64,000 nt of DNA. It comes from Oligoflexia bacterium. GTDB lineage: Bacteria > Bdellovibrionota > UBA1018. The translations under genes were made by a program, and so were the position numbers. Within the stretch, counting starts at the first letter, position 1. Each line of letters starts with the position of its first letter. The stretch covers positions 14,477 through 78,476 of the forward strand of contig JARLHE010000055.1 of assembly GCA_031292385.1 (NCBI GenBank), in the 5' to 3' direction. Below the pieces are notes generated by a model. It had not been told where the DNA came from. It ran no database searches and saw nothing but the letters and a program-made list of their open reading frames with translations. This document shows, piece by piece, positions 53,301 to 62,706 of the stretch.

Positions 53301-53951
53301 GTGATTAAAAAAATTCAACATAGCATTGGTATTGTAGGGTTTACCTGTTTCGCAATAGCGAGTGTCGGCTGCAACTCAAATCAAGTCGCCACACAGCCAT
53401 CAGGCTCGGGAACTCCCGCTACCACCGCTATGGGTGACCAATCGAAGAATGCTGAACAAAGCATTGTAGAGCAAACCCCCACCAATGATCAAATAAAGTG
53501 GCTCGCGGGTAGTTGGGTAAGCTGCGATCAGCCTGGAAGTCCAAATGCTCTAATGATCAACTACGACCCAACGAACGGCGTTTTCGAAGCTCATCAAAAT
53601 GAAGCGTTAAACGATGAACCACTGAATGTGACTGCATCAAATTGCCTACTTGAGCAACGGACGTCGAACGTTGAGTTGAACGTTAGTGAATCGGGGGTCC
53701 CAGATACCACTTCTGGACAGTTTACCTTTTTCATCGATATGAAAATTGAACAGATCGACATTGTGCCGAACTCAAAAAATGCAGACACATGCAAAAAGGT
53801 GGCAGATCAGATGAACAACCACGGAGCTTCGTGGGACGGTCAACCCCTATCGGATAGCGTGACCATTGGTTATATTTCTCAAGATAAGGCAAAGATGTAC
53901 TACGATACCACCAATTGGCAATTCGACACTCTCTGTCGAGTGAAACTGTAG
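53301..53951 (+). CDS. Lipoprotein, function unknown (216 aa)
   Basis: GTG start. Lipobox FAIASVGCNSN. Confidence 0.6.
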   Translation: MIKKIQHSIGIVGFTCFAIASVGCNSNQVATQPSGSGTPATTAMGDQSKNAEQSIVEQTPTNDQIKWLAGSWVSCDQPGSPNALMINYDPTNGVFEAHQNEALNDEPLNVTASNCLLEQRTSNVELNVSESGVPDTTSGQFTFFIDMKIEQIDIVPNSKNADTCKKVADQMNNHGASWDGQPLSDSVTIGYISQDKAKMYYDTTNWQFDTLCRVKL

Positions 53952-54160
53952 AACTTCTAGCCGCTGTTATTAATGGCCCACATAGCTTAGCAAATTTTCC
54001 TCTGTACTATGCCCAAAAACTACTTCTGATTGGGGCCTGCCTTGGTCGCCCAGAATCGACTCTCTTGACTGTGCCTGATGGGGAACATAAAGCCCGCATT
54101 AAGGCTGGCGTCACAAAATCGCGGCATTCCGCCCATCAAGCAGGCCCCCCGTCTTAGCGG

Positions 54161-55021
54161 TCACTTAGCGGGCTTTCTTTGGCGCATGGTTCGGCGGTAG
54201 GGTCGCGTGAGCCCGCGCTCTTTTTTGACATTGTAAAACGTGCGCCGACTCAGGCCAGTTTCAGCGATAAAGCGTTGCTCCTGCTCTCTCGGAGAGAGTT
54301 CATCCGATAGAGTATCCATAATGCTGCTGACTTCCGGCAATGGCAGAAGGGGTTCAAGCAACTCCTTCCATCCCTCAGGATGGCTCGCGGCGAGTTCGCA
54401 GCCGATATTGAGCGTTCGGAGGTTAATGGTTTCATGATTCCGCGTCGCCATCTTTTCGATTAAAAACTCAGCAACCTCTCTCGCAGCCTTCGTGTCCTCG
54501 AAGTGCTCGGTGGATTCAGCGGCGGATCTCAGCATATCGATGATTTCGGCCTTGCCGAAATTCATCGCATAAAAGATAGAGCGCGAGATAAATGCCTTGG
54601 TCTCGCGACTTTCGGGAATCGAGTTCGCAATCAAAATGATCTTCCCGCGAAAGACGACGGATTCCTGCTCGACCTTGCCCGAGGTACTTCCCCAGCCAAC
54701 CTTTCGCTCGCCCTTGGTCCCGCTAGAAGACCAGGTCGCCGCCTTCAAAATCGACATCGCCTTATTGTCGCCGAAGATGTCGCAATCATCGAAGACCAGG
54801 ATCGAGTCCGGGTACTTGCAAAGCATATTGTAGATGTGAAGGGCGGTGGCATAGGAGCCCACGGCGACGTATTCGAGCCCGAGATTTTTAAGTGCCTGAT
54901 CGATGGTCGTGCTCTTGGCGAACCCTGGAGGGCTCTGGAGCACAAGCGCATGAACCTGACGGCTGGTGCTCAAGGTGCGAATGTAGTCCTGTATTTTCGA
55001 CAGATGTTTCATGGATTCCAC
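54161..55021 (-). CDS. AAA+/P-loop ATPase-like protein with C-terminal HTH
   Basis: Walker A-like LQSPPGFAKST, Walker B ILVFDDCD, and a C-terminal FIAETGLSRRTFYNVKKERGL HTH with a basic tail. Transcribed divergently from the T4SS regulatory region. Confidence 0.6.
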   Translation of the reverse strand: MESMKHLSKIQDYIRTLSTSRQVHALVLQSPPGFAKSTTIDQALKNLGLEYVAVGSYATALHIYNMLCKYPDSILVFDDCDIFGDNKAMSILKAATWSSSGTKGERKVGWGSTSGKVEQESVVFRGKIILIANSIPESRETKAFISRSIFYAMNFGKAEIIDMLRSAAESTEHFEDTKAAREVAEFLIEKMATRNHETINLRTLNIGCELAASHPEGWKELLEPLLPLPEVSSIMDTLSDELSPREQEQRFIAETGLSRRTFYNVKKERGLTRPYRRTMRQRKPAK

Positions 55022-55228
55022 TCTTAGCTAGCCTCAAAAAACGTTTATGCCTCTGCGTTTATGCAAATTGTGCAACTTGCACAAATACTATCAATATCTC
55101 CGATCCTACACAATCCAAACCAGCTCGATCATTTTGACCTGCTCTCGGAATGCCCCGAACTCGTTCAAGCCCTAATTTATATACCTAAGAGATAGAATTA
55201 TATATTGGGGCCCGGCTGCCAGGATCCC

Positions 55229-55349
55229 GATGTGCGGTCGTGTGCGAAAATGTGCGAAAACGCACATCGCTACCTTTTTGTTTTTATTCATTTCCTCGTT
55301 TTTATGTGCGGAAACGCACATTTTCAGCCCGAATGTGCGTTTCCGCACA
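55229..55349. promoter_or_regulatory. Operator cluster: three 18-bp palindromes ATGTGCG-N4-CGCACAT plus two upstream half-sites
   Basis: The palindromes are atgtgcgaaaacgcacat (55249-55266), atgtgcggaaacgcacat (55303-55320) and atgtgcgtttccgcacat (55332-55349). The third is the exact reverse complement of the second. Half-sites are atgtgcgg (55229-55236) and tgtgcg (55240-55245). Confidence 0.8.
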
Positions 55350-55481
55350 TCGACTCAAAATCATCTCTTTTTCAAGTGAATTCAATGCGTTGAATGCCTG
55401 GCACGCGCTGGACAGCAAATCGCACAAGGGGCTCCCCGCGCACGGACACATTAACCACCGAGCGCGGAAAAGGAAGTACTT

Positions 55482-56273
55482 GTGGAAAAGAAGAAATCAG
55501 TCAGACCCTGGATTCGATCTGCGGATAGAGTGCCCCTCTGCGATTCTATCCTTAAGCGTGTGTCGAGACGGTGGGATGCAGACACTTGGGAGGCCTACCT
55601 CAACTGGTATCAGGGTCGTCGCCATGAGGAGCGAATATCATCCTCGCTCTACGAGCAGATCTGCGAAAATCGGTCCGAACCTATCTATCAAGAATACGGC
55701 CATGTGCCGGACGAAGCGCAACTCGAATATTGTGAATTGCTTCTCTCGAAGCTCCCCGAAATCGAAGAAAAGGTACTGAGGCTCTATTTCTTCAAAGGCA
55801 AAACTGAGCTGCAAATTAGTTTTCAACTCCCTTTGACGAAATCAGGCGTGCATGTCGCTAAAGTTAGAGGACTTTTGCGCTTAGCCCGAATGGCTGCTGA
55901 CGAAAAAGTAGGCAAAATCTGTATTATGAAGGGTGTTGTTTCTCAAAAAGAGAGCAACGAGCCTTCAATCTGGGACTTTCCCGAGGGCCCAATCTGCGGA
56001 GTGCGTCCCCGTGCTCCCGACGATTGGAAGCTCGAACTCCAAGCGATCGAAAATGCGAATATCAGGCAGGCAGTCACAGCACTCTCCGAGACACAGCAGA
56101 AGGTGCTGTATCTCAGGTACTGGTGTGAACTCGCTGAATCTGAAATCGCAAGTCGCCTTGAAATAGGAATCAACACAGTCCGAGATCTCTGCGAAGTCGC
56201 CGTTTTCAAGCTCAAGAGCCTGACGATGGAACTCGCTCAACTCCAACAAAAAGAGGTGCAGTCATGTGCTTAA
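55482..56273 (+). CDS. Regulator with two sigma-70 region-4-like HTH domains
   Basis: GTG start preceded by AAAGGAAG. EKVLRLYFFKGKTELQISFQLPLTKSGVHVAKVRGLLRL and QQKVLYLRYWCELAESEIASRLEIGINTVRDLCEVAVFKLK both look like sigma70_r4 / LuxR-type HTH. No region-2 motif was seen. Confidence 0.6.
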   Translation: MEKKKSVRPWIRSADRVPLCDSILKRVSRRWDADTWEAYLNWYQGRRHEERISSSLYEQICENRSEPIYQEYGHVPDEAQLEYCELLLSKLPEIEEKVLRLYFFKGKTELQISFQLPLTKSGVHVAKVRGLLRLARMAADEKVGKICIMKGVVSQKESNEPSIWDFPEGPICGVRPRAPDDWKLELQAIENANIRQAVTALSETQQKVLYLRYWCELAESEIASRLEIGINTVRDLCEVAVFKLKSLTMELAQLQQKEVQSCA

Positions 56274-56683
56274 GCAAACATTTGCTCAAGCTTTGGGATG
56301 AATTTTATTTGGAAATCTCCGAGCAGGAACGAAAGAAGAACAAGCCTCTAGCACTCAGCTTCGAGACCACTCGATCCTTCATTGAGGAGAGCACGGACGT
56401 TTTCGACGACGAGGAGGAGCTGATGTTGATTCGTGAAATCTCATCAGATCTCCAAAAACTTGAGGCCAACGTCAGCGACTCCGAGAAATCAAATAACCCG
56501 AAGATGGTCAGGCTTCTGGACGAGTTTAAAGAGCACGTCCACTGCCTTGAGGCTGAACGTAATGACGGTGAATACGGTGGTTACGGCGATCAGGAAGACG
56601 AATACGGGGACGACGAAGGAGAAGAATACGAATGGGATTGTTGCGAGGACGGCGAAGACGAAGAGGAGGACGACCAATGGTGA
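56264..56683 (+). CDS. Highly acidic small protein (139 aa)
   Basis: It overlaps the upstream stop by 10 nt. The C-terminal 50 aa are almost entirely D/E/G/Y (EYGGYGDQEDEYGDDEGEEYEWDCCEDGEDEEEDDQW). Confidence 0.55.
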   Translation: MCLSKHLLKLWDEFYLEISEQERKKNKPLALSFETTRSFIEESTDVFDDEEELMLIREISSDLQKLEANVSDSEKSNNPKMVRLLDEFKEHVHCLEAERNDGEYGGYGDQEDEYGDDEGEEYEWDCCEDGEDEEEDDQW

Positions 56684-56814
56684 TCAAGGTGCTGCGATTT
56701 TTGAAATCGTTACTCAAAGGAATGACCCGAATTAGCCCCCAACCCAAGGAGATAACTTATGACGAATTTGTTCGTTTGGAATCAAAACCCAAGATGTACC
56801 GCGAATACTACTAA
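56677..56814 (+). CDS. Possible small basic ORF (45 aa)
   Basis: The ATG overlaps the stop of the acidic protein (ATGGTGA). It encodes MVIKVLRFLKSLLKGMTR.... It overlaps the annotated start of the VirB2-like gene, so one of the two starts is wrong or the ORF is spurious. Confidence 0.2.
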   Translation: MVIKVLRFLKSLLKGMTRISPQPKEITYDEFVRLESKPKMYREYY

Positions 56815-57088
56815 GCGAATTTTGACAACAGTAGCGGTGACGGCACTTTCACTTGCGGTGCCAATCACGGCTGCCGCAAGCGTTGAGGGCTCGCTCTACG
56901 CAGTACAGACGAAGCTTGTGGGAACGATCTTGCCACTTGCTGCGATCTGCGGACTGGTCGTGGCAGGTTTTAGTTTCGTTGCGGGACATGCGAATGCCCG
57001 ACAGCATCTAACACTTGCCATCATGGGCGCGATCATCGGCTTTGGTGCCGAATCGATTGTGTCTATGATTCGCAGTCTCATCAGCTAA
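56759..57088 (+). CDS. T4SS pilin, VirB2/TrbC-like
   Basis: 109 aa. A long leader with KRILTTVAVTALSLAVPITAAAS is followed by two hydrophobic helices (LVGTILPLAAICGLVVAGFSFVAG; LAIMGAIIGFGAESIV). Positioned first in the T4SS operon. Confidence 0.7.
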   Translation: MTNLFVWNQNPRCTANTTKRILTTVAVTALSLAVPITAAASVEGSLYAVQTKLVGTILPLAAICGLVVAGFSFVAGHANARQHLTLAIMGAIIGFGAESIVSMIRSLIS

Positions 57089-57124
57089 TCGCAACTCAAT
57101 GTGTAACCAAAAGGAGTCAAAGCC

Positions 57125-57469
57125 GTGGGTCTAAAAACGTCTGAAGTTTACCGATGCTTGGAGAAGAAAACTCTCATCTTTGGATTTGAAATGCTCGATG
57201 TGTTTGCCGTCTTCATCTTGCTTTCAGTCTCAAATTTTTTGTTCTCGGGCTTTCGGTACAAAGCCCTTTGGACATGGACCCCGGCTTTGGCTCTGGCGCT
57301 GTTTCTTAAAATCAGTAAAGCGGGGAAGCCAGAGAATTACCTCCTGCACTGGATAAGATTCCAGTTTTCTCCCGGTGTTTTAAGTTGTTTCCCACTTGCA
57401 CTGAAGCGAAATCGGTTCGTGGACAAATTCGCCAGTCAAACAGTTAAACGGAAAGGAAGATCATCATGA
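57125..57469 (+). CDS. T4SS VirB3/TraL-like small membrane protein
   Basis: 114 aa. Contains KKTLIFGFEMLDVFAVFILLSV. Located directly before, and overlapping, the VirB4-like gene. Confidence 0.6.
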   Translation: MGLKTSEVYRCLEKKTLIFGFEMLDVFAVFILLSVSNFLFSGFRYKALWTWTPALALALFLKISKAGKPENYLLHWIRFQFSPGVLSCFPLALKRNRFVDKFASQTVKRKGRSS

Positions 57470-59967
57470 ACTCGTCACTTGCTGAAAAACTCGATGTTTG
57501 GGGATTTGAAGAGGACGCACTCATCTATAAAGACTGCTCGCTGGGCCAGGTGCTGAAACTCAACACGCGGGATACGACATGCGCCACCGATCAGGCTCTT
57601 AACTCACTCCATTCACAGGTTTGCGATTTCTTGAACGGTCTACCCCAGGGGTTATCACTCCAATTCGTCCAGGTGATCGAGCGCGGTGGTCAAAGATTGA
57701 TTGATCGCCATAAGAGCGAGATGGGTCCTGCCGCTTGCCCGCTCACCCAGGATTTACTGAATGGCCGGGTGAACAGGCTACAAGATTTGGATGCACGAGG
57801 CTTAGTGCCGCGAGCCCAGCTCTATCTCGTGATTCGTAGGGGCTTTGTTAAGCGTAACCCTGAGAAAAAGTCGATGACAGGTAGACTTAGGCTGATCGCT
57901 GGCGGCTTTACAAAAAAGGCAGGAAGTGAGCAGTCGGAGTCCAAGACCTGGGATCAGAATATTATTTCGGTGGAGCTGCCACATTTTCGCCAGCTCGTAA
58001 AGACCATCCAAAGCGGGCTAGATGCGCTCGGAGTGTCGTCCGAGAAGCTCCAACCCAGCCAAGTTTATTCTATCCTCTTTGATCAATGGAATCCCGGAAA
58101 CCCGGTCGGCCCCGGAAATTTCAATGAGGAGGACTTTCGTGACGATGTGATTCTGAATGATCTCGTCGTCTCGATGGAAGGCTTCTCAATTGGGTCCGTC
58201 AAACACCGCATAATCTCGCTTAAAATCATGCCGGATCATACCTTTGCTTCGATGAGCGAGAGGCTTCGACGTCTGCCCTTCGACTCAAAGCTTATGGTGT
58301 CGATCGAGACCTTAAGCCAAGGAAAAGAGACGTTCGCACTAGAAGCGCAGCGTCGAATTGCCTACGCCCTCTACGCAGGGAAAAAGGGGGTATCTGATCT
58401 CAATAATCAAGCCAAGCTCAAGGACATCGAAACGCTGCTTGCTCGCCGAGTAAGTGGCGAGGAGAAAATCTTTGAGGCATCGCTCACGATCGTTCTAAGA
58501 AACGAAAGCGAGGAAATATTGTCCGACCAAGTCGAGCGTGTGCTCCAAATGATTCGCGAGCTGTCGGGGGCCGAGGGGATGCTGGAAAGTTTAGCAGCTA
58601 CCCAGGTTTTTATCGAGTCGGCGCTTCCCAATGCTCACTCACGCTCTCGAAGTCGGCGTATGAATACGAGTGTGTTGGCCGACTTTCTGCCGATCCTGGG
58701 AGAATGGACCGGACACGCGGAGCCACGCGTTCTCCTTCGCTCTCGCTCGGGCGCTCTTTTGGGATTTGATCCGTTTTCTCCTGAGCTAACGAATTTTAAC
58801 CAGATCGTTAGCGGTGGAAGTGGAGCAGGAAAGTCATTTCTAACGAACCTGATCATTGCGCACTTGATGAAAGAGGATCCCAAGGTTTTTATCTTGGACA
58901 TCGGCGGAAGCTACAAGCAGATGACTGAGCACCTGGACGGCCAGTACGTAGCACTCGGTGCAAACTCTGATCTCTCGATGAACCCATTTGACCTGAGCAG
59001 CTTGATCAGCGCGAATTCTACGAGCGAAATTGACCCAGATGCATTTGATCAGAAAATCAAGTTCCTAGTCTCTCTCGTCGAGATCATGACGAAGGAAGAT
59101 AGCGCCGTCAGCATAGGAAAGCTTGAGCGATCCGAAATCGAGCAGCATATCCAGGCGGTTTTCAGTGATGCCCGAGAAAACGGCAAAGAACCATGTTTAA
59201 GCGACCTTAGGAGCAGACTTCTGAAAAGTACTGAGCCCGTGGTCGCGAAAATCGGAAAAATCCTGGGCCCTTGGTGCGGTGATTCACCTTACGGAAAATT
59301 CGTCGATCGAAAAACGAACCTGGCATTGACCAAGAAGATCGTCTGCTTTGATCTCAAAGGGCTCGAATCCCGGCCCGATCTCCAAGCCGTGTGCCTATTC
59401 ATCATAACGGATCTGATTTGGCGCGAAGTTCAAAAGGATCGAACCAATATGAAGCTCGTCGTTTTTGACGAGTGTTGGAAGCTTATCGAGAGCGATGCAG
59501 GCTCTCGATTTATTGCTGAGGTGTTTCGCACTTTCCGAAAATACCGAGCGTCAGCGGTTGCAATTTCACAAACGCTGGATGACTTCTCAAAATCAAAAGT
59601 GGCCTCTGCCATTTTACCCAATGCGTCGGTCAAATGGATGCTGAAACAAACGGGCTGCGACTTTGCGGCGCTACAATCAACGCTGTCACTCAATGAGCGC
59701 GAGATGAGGCTTATGGAAAGCGTGACTTCTCGGAAGGGCTATTTTTCGGAAGCGTTCTTAATCGCGGGCGATCATAAGCACGTTGTCGCTATCGAGAGCA
59801 CGCCGCTTGAGTACTGGCTTGCGACAACGGATCCGAAGGATATCGAAGCGATTGAGACCCAAAAAAGGAACACGCCGGAGGTATCTGATCGCGAAATTCT
59901 ACGGCTCTTGGCCCGGAAATATCCGCGAGGCGCGTCCAATAATACTGAACAGAAAGGAATCTCATGA
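57466..59967 (+). CDS. T4SS ATPase VirB4/TraC family
   Basis: 833 aa. Walker A SGGSGAGKSFLTNL, Walker B KLVVFDECWKL, then AVAISQTLDDF. Confidence 0.9.
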   Translation: MNSSLAEKLDVWGFEEDALIYKDCSLGQVLKLNTRDTTCATDQALNSLHSQVCDFLNGLPQGLSLQFVQVIERGGQRLIDRHKSEMGPAACPLTQDLLNGRVNRLQDLDARGLVPRAQLYLVIRRGFVKRNPEKKSMTGRLRLIAGGFTKKAGSEQSESKTWDQNIISVELPHFRQLVKTIQSGLDALGVSSEKLQPSQVYSILFDQWNPGNPVGPGNFNEEDFRDDVILNDLVVSMEGFSIGSVKHRIISLKIMPDHTFASMSERLRRLPFDSKLMVSIETLSQGKETFALEAQRRIAYALYAGKKGVSDLNNQAKLKDIETLLARRVSGEEKIFEASLTIVLRNESEEILSDQVERVLQMIRELSGAEGMLESLAATQVFIESALPNAHSRSRSRRMNTSVLADFLPILGEWTGHAEPRVLLRSRSGALLGFDPFSPELTNFNQIVSGGSGAGKSFLTNLIIAHLMKEDPKVFILDIGGSYKQMTEHLDGQYVALGANSDLSMNPFDLSSLISANSTSEIDPDAFDQKIKFLVSLVEIMTKEDSAVSIGKLERSEIEQHIQAVFSDARENGKEPCLSDLRSRLLKSTEPVVAKIGKILGPWCGDSPYGKFVDRKTNLALTKKIVCFDLKGLESRPDLQAVCLFIITDLIWREVQKDRTNMKLVVFDECWKLIESDAGSRFIAEVFRTFRKYRASAVAISQTLDDFSKSKVASAILPNASVKWMLKQTGCDFAALQSTLSLNEREMRLMESVTSRKGYFSEAFLIAGDHKHVVAIESTPLEYWLATTDPKDIEAIETQKRNTPEVSDREILRLLARKYPRGASNNTEQKGIS

Positions 59968-60683
59968 CGAAAACCTTGCTAGGGTCCATGCTCACGCCCT
60001 GGAAAATCGGTCTCGCAGTACTTGCTCTCTCCATAGTGACACCCTGGAGTAATGCTAACGCCGATCTCTTTGGGGGCGATGTAGTCGTGCTTTCCCAGAT
60101 ACTACTCAACGACATCCAGCAGCTTGTTCAACTCAAGGCGATTCTCCAAAACGGAGGAGACACCCTAGGGCTTCTCCAGTCGATCAACCAGGGGATTAAC
60201 GACTCGCTGATGATGGCGCAAAGTCTAGGTATTCATGTGGATCCCGGTCTCTATGGTCAAGTGGCGTCGGTCAGTCAGGGGTCCGCCCTTGTGACTGGCC
60301 TTTTTGGACCCGTAGTCGATTCGCCGTTAGCGCCCGTGCAGAGAAACACGGATCAGGCAGTCGCGGAGTCCATGGCGTTTAATCACGATCTTTACGCCTA
60401 TACGGATCAACTCGATACCGTTGGGGAGACAATCAAAACGGATTCGCACGCCGTCTCCCCAGGCGGAGCTGCCAAGCTCACTGCCGAATCGATCGGCATT
60501 TTGATCCATGTGATGAACGAGCAAATGCGGGCGACCGGACAGGGACTGAAGCTTCAAACCCAGACCTTGGCGCTTGAGAACATGAGGCAAAAACAGCAGA
60601 CGCAGGAATATCTCCAGGAGGGACAAATCCTTCAGCAACAAATGACATCGGTTAAAGCCGATTTCGAACTTCCGAGGTTTTAA
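59964..60683 (+). CDS. Secreted helical protein in the VirB5/TrbJ position
   Basis: Signal peptide IGLAVLALSIVTPWSNANA. Gln-rich and helical. The call rests on gene order, not on a motif. Confidence 0.45.
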   Translation: MTKTLLGSMLTPWKIGLAVLALSIVTPWSNANADLFGGDVVVLSQILLNDIQQLVQLKAILQNGGDTLGLLQSINQGINDSLMMAQSLGIHVDPGLYGQVASVSQGSALVTGLFGPVVDSPLAPVQRNTDQAVAESMAFNHDLYAYTDQLDTVGETIKTDSHAVSPGGAAKLTAESIGILIHVMNEQMRATGQGLKLQTQTLALENMRQKQQTQEYLQEGQILQQQMTSVKADFELPRF

Positions 60684-60686
60684 GTC

Positions 60687-61604
60687 ATGGACATGGGATG
60701 GTTATCGACTGAAGCGCAAGCGATTCATATGGTCTTTACGAACCTTTTTTACTCCATCGTTTTAACAATGATTCTAGCCGGGGTCGTTCTCAGCTATTTC
60801 AAAATGCCGATGGGACAAATGCCAGAATTTATGCAGCTGGTGGGCCGTGCGATTATTGCGGCGTTTTTACTTGCGGCCCTTCCCGAGATTATGAACACGG
60901 CGGCGGATTTGACCGATCAGCTTTCAAATCAGATTGGGAGCCTCAATAATTTTAGCCTGGTCTTAGGTCGCCTAGGAGAAAAGGTGGGACAGTTTACCTG
61001 GTCTTGGGTCACGGTCAAGGATTCGGCGCTCCTCTTGGTGAGCTATGTCTCATTTTTTCTTCTTTATATCTCAGTCTATATGGCTAATACGCTGTTCGTT
61101 TACTCATGGATGCTGCTCTATATTTTCTCGCCCGTACTCATCGCCTGTTTTGTTCTTCCATCGAGCGCTTCCGCTACAAAAGCACTGTTTCAGTCGCTCA
61201 CGGAAGTCTGTTTATGGAAGATCACGTGGAGCGTGATTGCGGCCCTTCTCTGGAGTTTTGCGTTATCGAATATTAATCAGCCGCAATACGGGGTCGATTT
61301 TTTAACGGCGATTCTTTTGAATCTCCTTTTAGCTTTCTCCGTGGTGGTCACGCCAATGATCGTCCGAGGACTTTTTAAGTCTGGAATCCATTCGACCGCA
61401 GCGGGCTTGGGAGGTGCCATTCTTGGTGCCGCAGCACTCACGCCGGGCGGGATCACGAGCGTGGCCAAAGGTCGCGCCATTCGCGCCGTGAGTCAGTTCA
61501 AGCCTGGCGGCGGTGATGATGACAGCGGATCAAGTGAGACCAAAGACGATAAAAGCGTCAAAAAAGAAGATGGGCGAGCAGGCTTAATCAGGTCCTTCAT
61601 CTAG
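60687..61604 (+). CDS. T4SS polytopic membrane protein, VirB6/TrbL-like
   Basis: At least 6 hydrophobic helices and a hydrophilic charged tail. Position in the operon supports the call. Confidence 0.6.
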   Translation: MDMGWLSTEAQAIHMVFTNLFYSIVLTMILAGVVLSYFKMPMGQMPEFMQLVGRAIIAAFLLAALPEIMNTAADLTDQLSNQIGSLNNFSLVLGRLGEKVGQFTWSWVTVKDSALLLVSYVSFFLLYISVYMANTLFVYSWMLLYIFSPVLIACFVLPSSASATKALFQSLTEVCLWKITWSVIAALLWSFALSNINQPQYGVDFLTAILLNLLLAFSVVVTPMIVRGLFKSGIHSTAAGLGGAILGAAALTPGGITSVAKGRAIRAVSQFKPGGGDDDSGSSETKDDKSVKKEDGRAGLIRSFI

Positions 61605-61642
61605 TCGACTAGTTTTTCGACTTAGATCAACTCAATCAAAAA

Positions 61643-62266
61643 ATGAAAGGTAGGGTAATAGCGATGAAATTTTCATCGACCGTCGATGCTTTGTCCCGCG
61701 AAAACGGAAATCTCAAGAGGCTAGCCATTTTACAGGCGGCTGGAACGCTGGCCTTGGGGATCTTGGCACTTCTTCTCTATGACAAACCCACTGTCGTGAT
61801 CGAGAGATCCACGCGTGGACTTGAGATCGTATCGACCACTTCGCTTAAGCGAACGGAGGACGATGTCAAACAGGCAATGGTCCTCATGCTCAAAGCCAGG
61901 CTCGATGCGAACACTATTGCACCAGAGGTTTTTCTGTCGGAGCGGCAAATGGAGCTGAGAAATGAGGAGCAGCGTGAACTTAAGTCACGAGGGATTGAGC
62001 AGTCGATTTTGGTCCGAACGCTTAATTCCGATAATGGACGGGCAACTGCCGAGATCGATCGCGTGGTTCGAGTGGGTGACATTAGGTCAGCCGTGAAAAC
62101 CAAACTCGCACTCGCTTTTCAAGAGGTCGCGCCCAACGAACTGAACCCCTATGGACTCAGGCTTGCGACTCTTACGCCGATCGATTCTGAAATAAAGCCC
62201 GATCAAAGCGCGGGGGTGGACCCTGTCAGCCGCCCTATCCAGTCGCCAGGCACATCAACACGATAA
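61643..62266 (+). CDS. T4SS VirB8/TraE-like bitopic protein
   Basis: A short cytoplasmic N-terminus, one TM segment (LAILQAAGTLALGILALLLY), then a periplasmic domain of about 150 aa. The start may be ATG 61664. Confidence 0.55.
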   Translation: MKGRVIAMKFSSTVDALSRENGNLKRLAILQAAGTLALGILALLLYDKPTVVIERSTRGLEIVSTTSLKRTEDDVKQAMVLMLKARLDANTIAPEVFLSERQMELRNEEQRELKSRGIEQSILVRTLNSDNGRATAEIDRVVRVGDIRSAVKTKLALAFQEVAPNELNPYGLRLATLTPIDSEIKPDQSAGVDPVSRPIQSPGTSTR

Positions 62267-62268
62267 CG

Positions 62269-62706
62269 ATGAGGAGTCAGTCAATGAAATGGGTATGGAT
62301 GTGTATTATTTGGATGTCCTTTATTGCTCTTCTTTGGAGTTCGCGCAGGCAAATCGAAGGAAGTCCCATCTGGATTCCGCTTGCGGAAGCGGCAGGTGAA
62401 AGATCGGTGAGTTGTGATGAGAAAGTACCCCAAAGCGTTCGGGTTACTTTCGGTCGAATCACGGTGATTAACTTTCCATTTAAGCCTAGCGACGTGGTGC
62501 CGGGTCAAATGAGTTTTGATTTTAAACGAATTAAAAATGACTTGGTCATCAAGGCGATGAAGTCACAGGCGAGAACCAATCTGCTCGTTTACCTTGAAGA
62601 TCGCCGTTGCGCCTTTGATCTCATTACCGTGCCTAATCGCGGGGACGACATCCTGATTGTCAAAGATCCCAAGGATGATCAAATCGAGGTCAAATTCAAT
62701 GAATGA
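62269..62706 (+). CDS. T4SS VirB9/TraK-like (short) protein
   Basis: A signal/anchor followed by a beta-rich domain (RITVINFPFKP..VIKAM..TNLLVYLEDRRCAFDLI). Position between the VirB8-like and VirB10-like genes supports the call. Confidence 0.45.
   Translation: MRSQSMKWVWMCIIWMSFIALLWSSRRQIEGSPIWIPLAEAAGERSVSCDEKVPQSVRVTFGRITVINFPFKPSDVVPGQMSFDFKRIKNDLVIKAMKSQARTNLLVYLEDRRCAFDLITVPNRGDDILIVKDPKDDQIEVKFNE

Noticed and set aside
55205-55779. ORFs of 62 and 179 aa covering the operator cluster
   Set aside because: They run through the palindromic operators and into the out-of-frame start of the sigma-r4-like gene. Their composition is non-protein-like (Cys/Phe/Arg runs generated by the repeats).
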